Shown piece by piece: positions 63,058 through 64,000 of a stretch of 64,000 nucleotides of DNA. Source of the DNA: Aureliella sp. (lineage in GTDB: Bacteria; Planctomycetota; Planctomycetia; Pirellulales; Pirellulaceae); assembly GCA_963691875.1 (NCBI GenBank), contig OY829846.1, positions 1,984,001 through 2,048,000 of the forward strand, in the 5' to 3' direction. The number at the start of each line of letters is the position of its first letter. The stretch's first letter is position 1. The notes beneath the pieces are model-generated. The model ran no database searches. It had not been told where the DNA came from and saw only the letters and a list, made by a program, of their open reading frames with translations. The position numbers were made by a program, and so were the translations under genes.

Positions 63058-64000
63058 TTAGGCAGACAAAGCAGAGTAAAGATATTTCTGAAAATCTCTG
63101 AACGTCTTCTGGATGATCTCACCACTGCCAAGGATCGCGATTGCATCGGGTATGGCTTCGTATTTGAGTTTCAGCAATTCAGGCAGAAGCTCACGGTCAA
63201 GAACTTCAACACCCGTTTCGATATAGCGTGATAGAACAAACTCTACAAATTCACGCTGTTCAGGATTGAGATTCTCGTAGATTGCTGGCTCTGCTGCTCG
63301 CACTCGCTGTTCGCGTGTGATGGGTGAGACTTCAAAACTCACGTATTCCAGAACGTCAAACAGATCGCTCTTGGGATCGGCCACAAGATCACGCAGCGTT
63401 TTGAGTGCTTCGACTCCGTAACCAGCTTCATCGAGTCGATCCAGCAAGCTCTTGCGTGTCTCTGGATCACTCCAAAGATCGCGTAACTGTTGCTCTGAAT
63501 CGTAGAACTCAGGAAGTTTCGCAAAAAGTTCATGTATGAATTGCTCTGCTGTGACGGGTTGACCGTCAGCACCCCAGAAACTTGTCTCTGTGATGTGATT
63601 GATTTGAAGTGCTTTGCCCTTGCCAAGCTGAATTTTGAGCTTCTCTGGTCGCGGTTCGCCCGGCTCTGGTGGATCTGGTGGATCGTTCACATCATTCGGC
63701 TCACGAGGTTCTCGCGGCTCTGGCTCAACTGGATCACCGTCCCACTCTGGATCGGCAAAGTGGTCAAAGATATTCACGAAGTCATAAATGGTGAAATAAT
63801 CCTTGCCATCAAACATTCGTGTTCCACGTCCCACGATCTGCTTGAACTCGATCATGTCGTTGACCGGACGCATCAGCACAATGTTCCGCACGTTACGAGC
63901 ATCAACACCCGTTGAGAGCTTCTTAGAGGTCGTCAGAACGGTTGGAATTGTTTTTTCGTTATCTTGGAAGTCTCTTAAATGCTGTTCGCCTATGCCGTCA
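63058..64000 (-). CDS. hsdR: Type I restriction enzyme R subunit (EcoAI/EcoEI-like), 3' part; runs off the window
   Basis: LSTGVDARNVRNIVLMRP, FKQIVGRGTR, FTIYDF, LRDLWSDP, SDLFDVL. Confidence 0.9.
   Translation of the reverse strand, partial: DGIGEQHLRDFQDNEKTIPTVLTTSKKLSTGVDARNVRNIVLMRPVNDMIEFKQIVGRGTRMFDGKDYFTIYDFVNIFDHFADPEWDGDPVEPEPREPREPNDVNDPPDPPEPGEPRPEKLKIQLGKGKALQINHITETSFWGADGQPVTAEQFIHELFAKLPEFYDSEQQLRDLWSDPETRKSLLDRLDEAGYGVEALKTLRDLVADPKSDLFDVLEYVSFEVSPITREQRVRAAEPAIYENLNPEQREFVEFVLSRYIETGVEVLDRELLPELLKLKYEAIPDAIAILGSGEIIQKTFRDFQKYLYSALSA

Noticed and set aside
1..64000. CRISPR arrays, rRNA, complete tRNA genes, long tandem arrays
   Set aside because: None seen on reading; only the tRNA-His fragment and short REP-like hairpins were found

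Overview
Planctomycete (Pirellulaceae-like) chromosomal region. The assignment rests on DUF1559, DUF1501 and DUF1549/DUF1553 proteins, five sulfatases and 'LETLESRQLL'-type extracellular motifs. Bases 1-58.8 kb are mostly intact genes: two Ser/Thr kinases, sulfatases, rpsR, a TfoX-ThiF-MoaD cluster, GntP with an araD-like dehydratase, guaA, a GH63 glucosidase, ParA, a cyclophilin and a Mn/Fe/Zn ABC transporter. Several decayed genes are interspersed (cheB, a PSD1/DUF1553-DUF1501 operon, moaF-like, gspG). Four signals are missed by the ORF track. (1) An ArsC/Spx-like selenoprotein gene at 33023-33370 has an in-frame UGA in a UxxC motif and a hairpin just downstream. (2) A 19-bp Fur-like palindrome is shared by a DUF1559 gene and the metal ABC operon. 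(3) A 3'-half tRNA-His at 60097-60139 probably marks the edge of a genomic island extending right. (4) Within that island, a frameshifted voltage-gated channel gene with a Cav-like TGEDW filter is bracketed by two divergent IS256-like remnants, followed by a type I hsdR. All family calls are from motif recognition by eye; no database searches were run.
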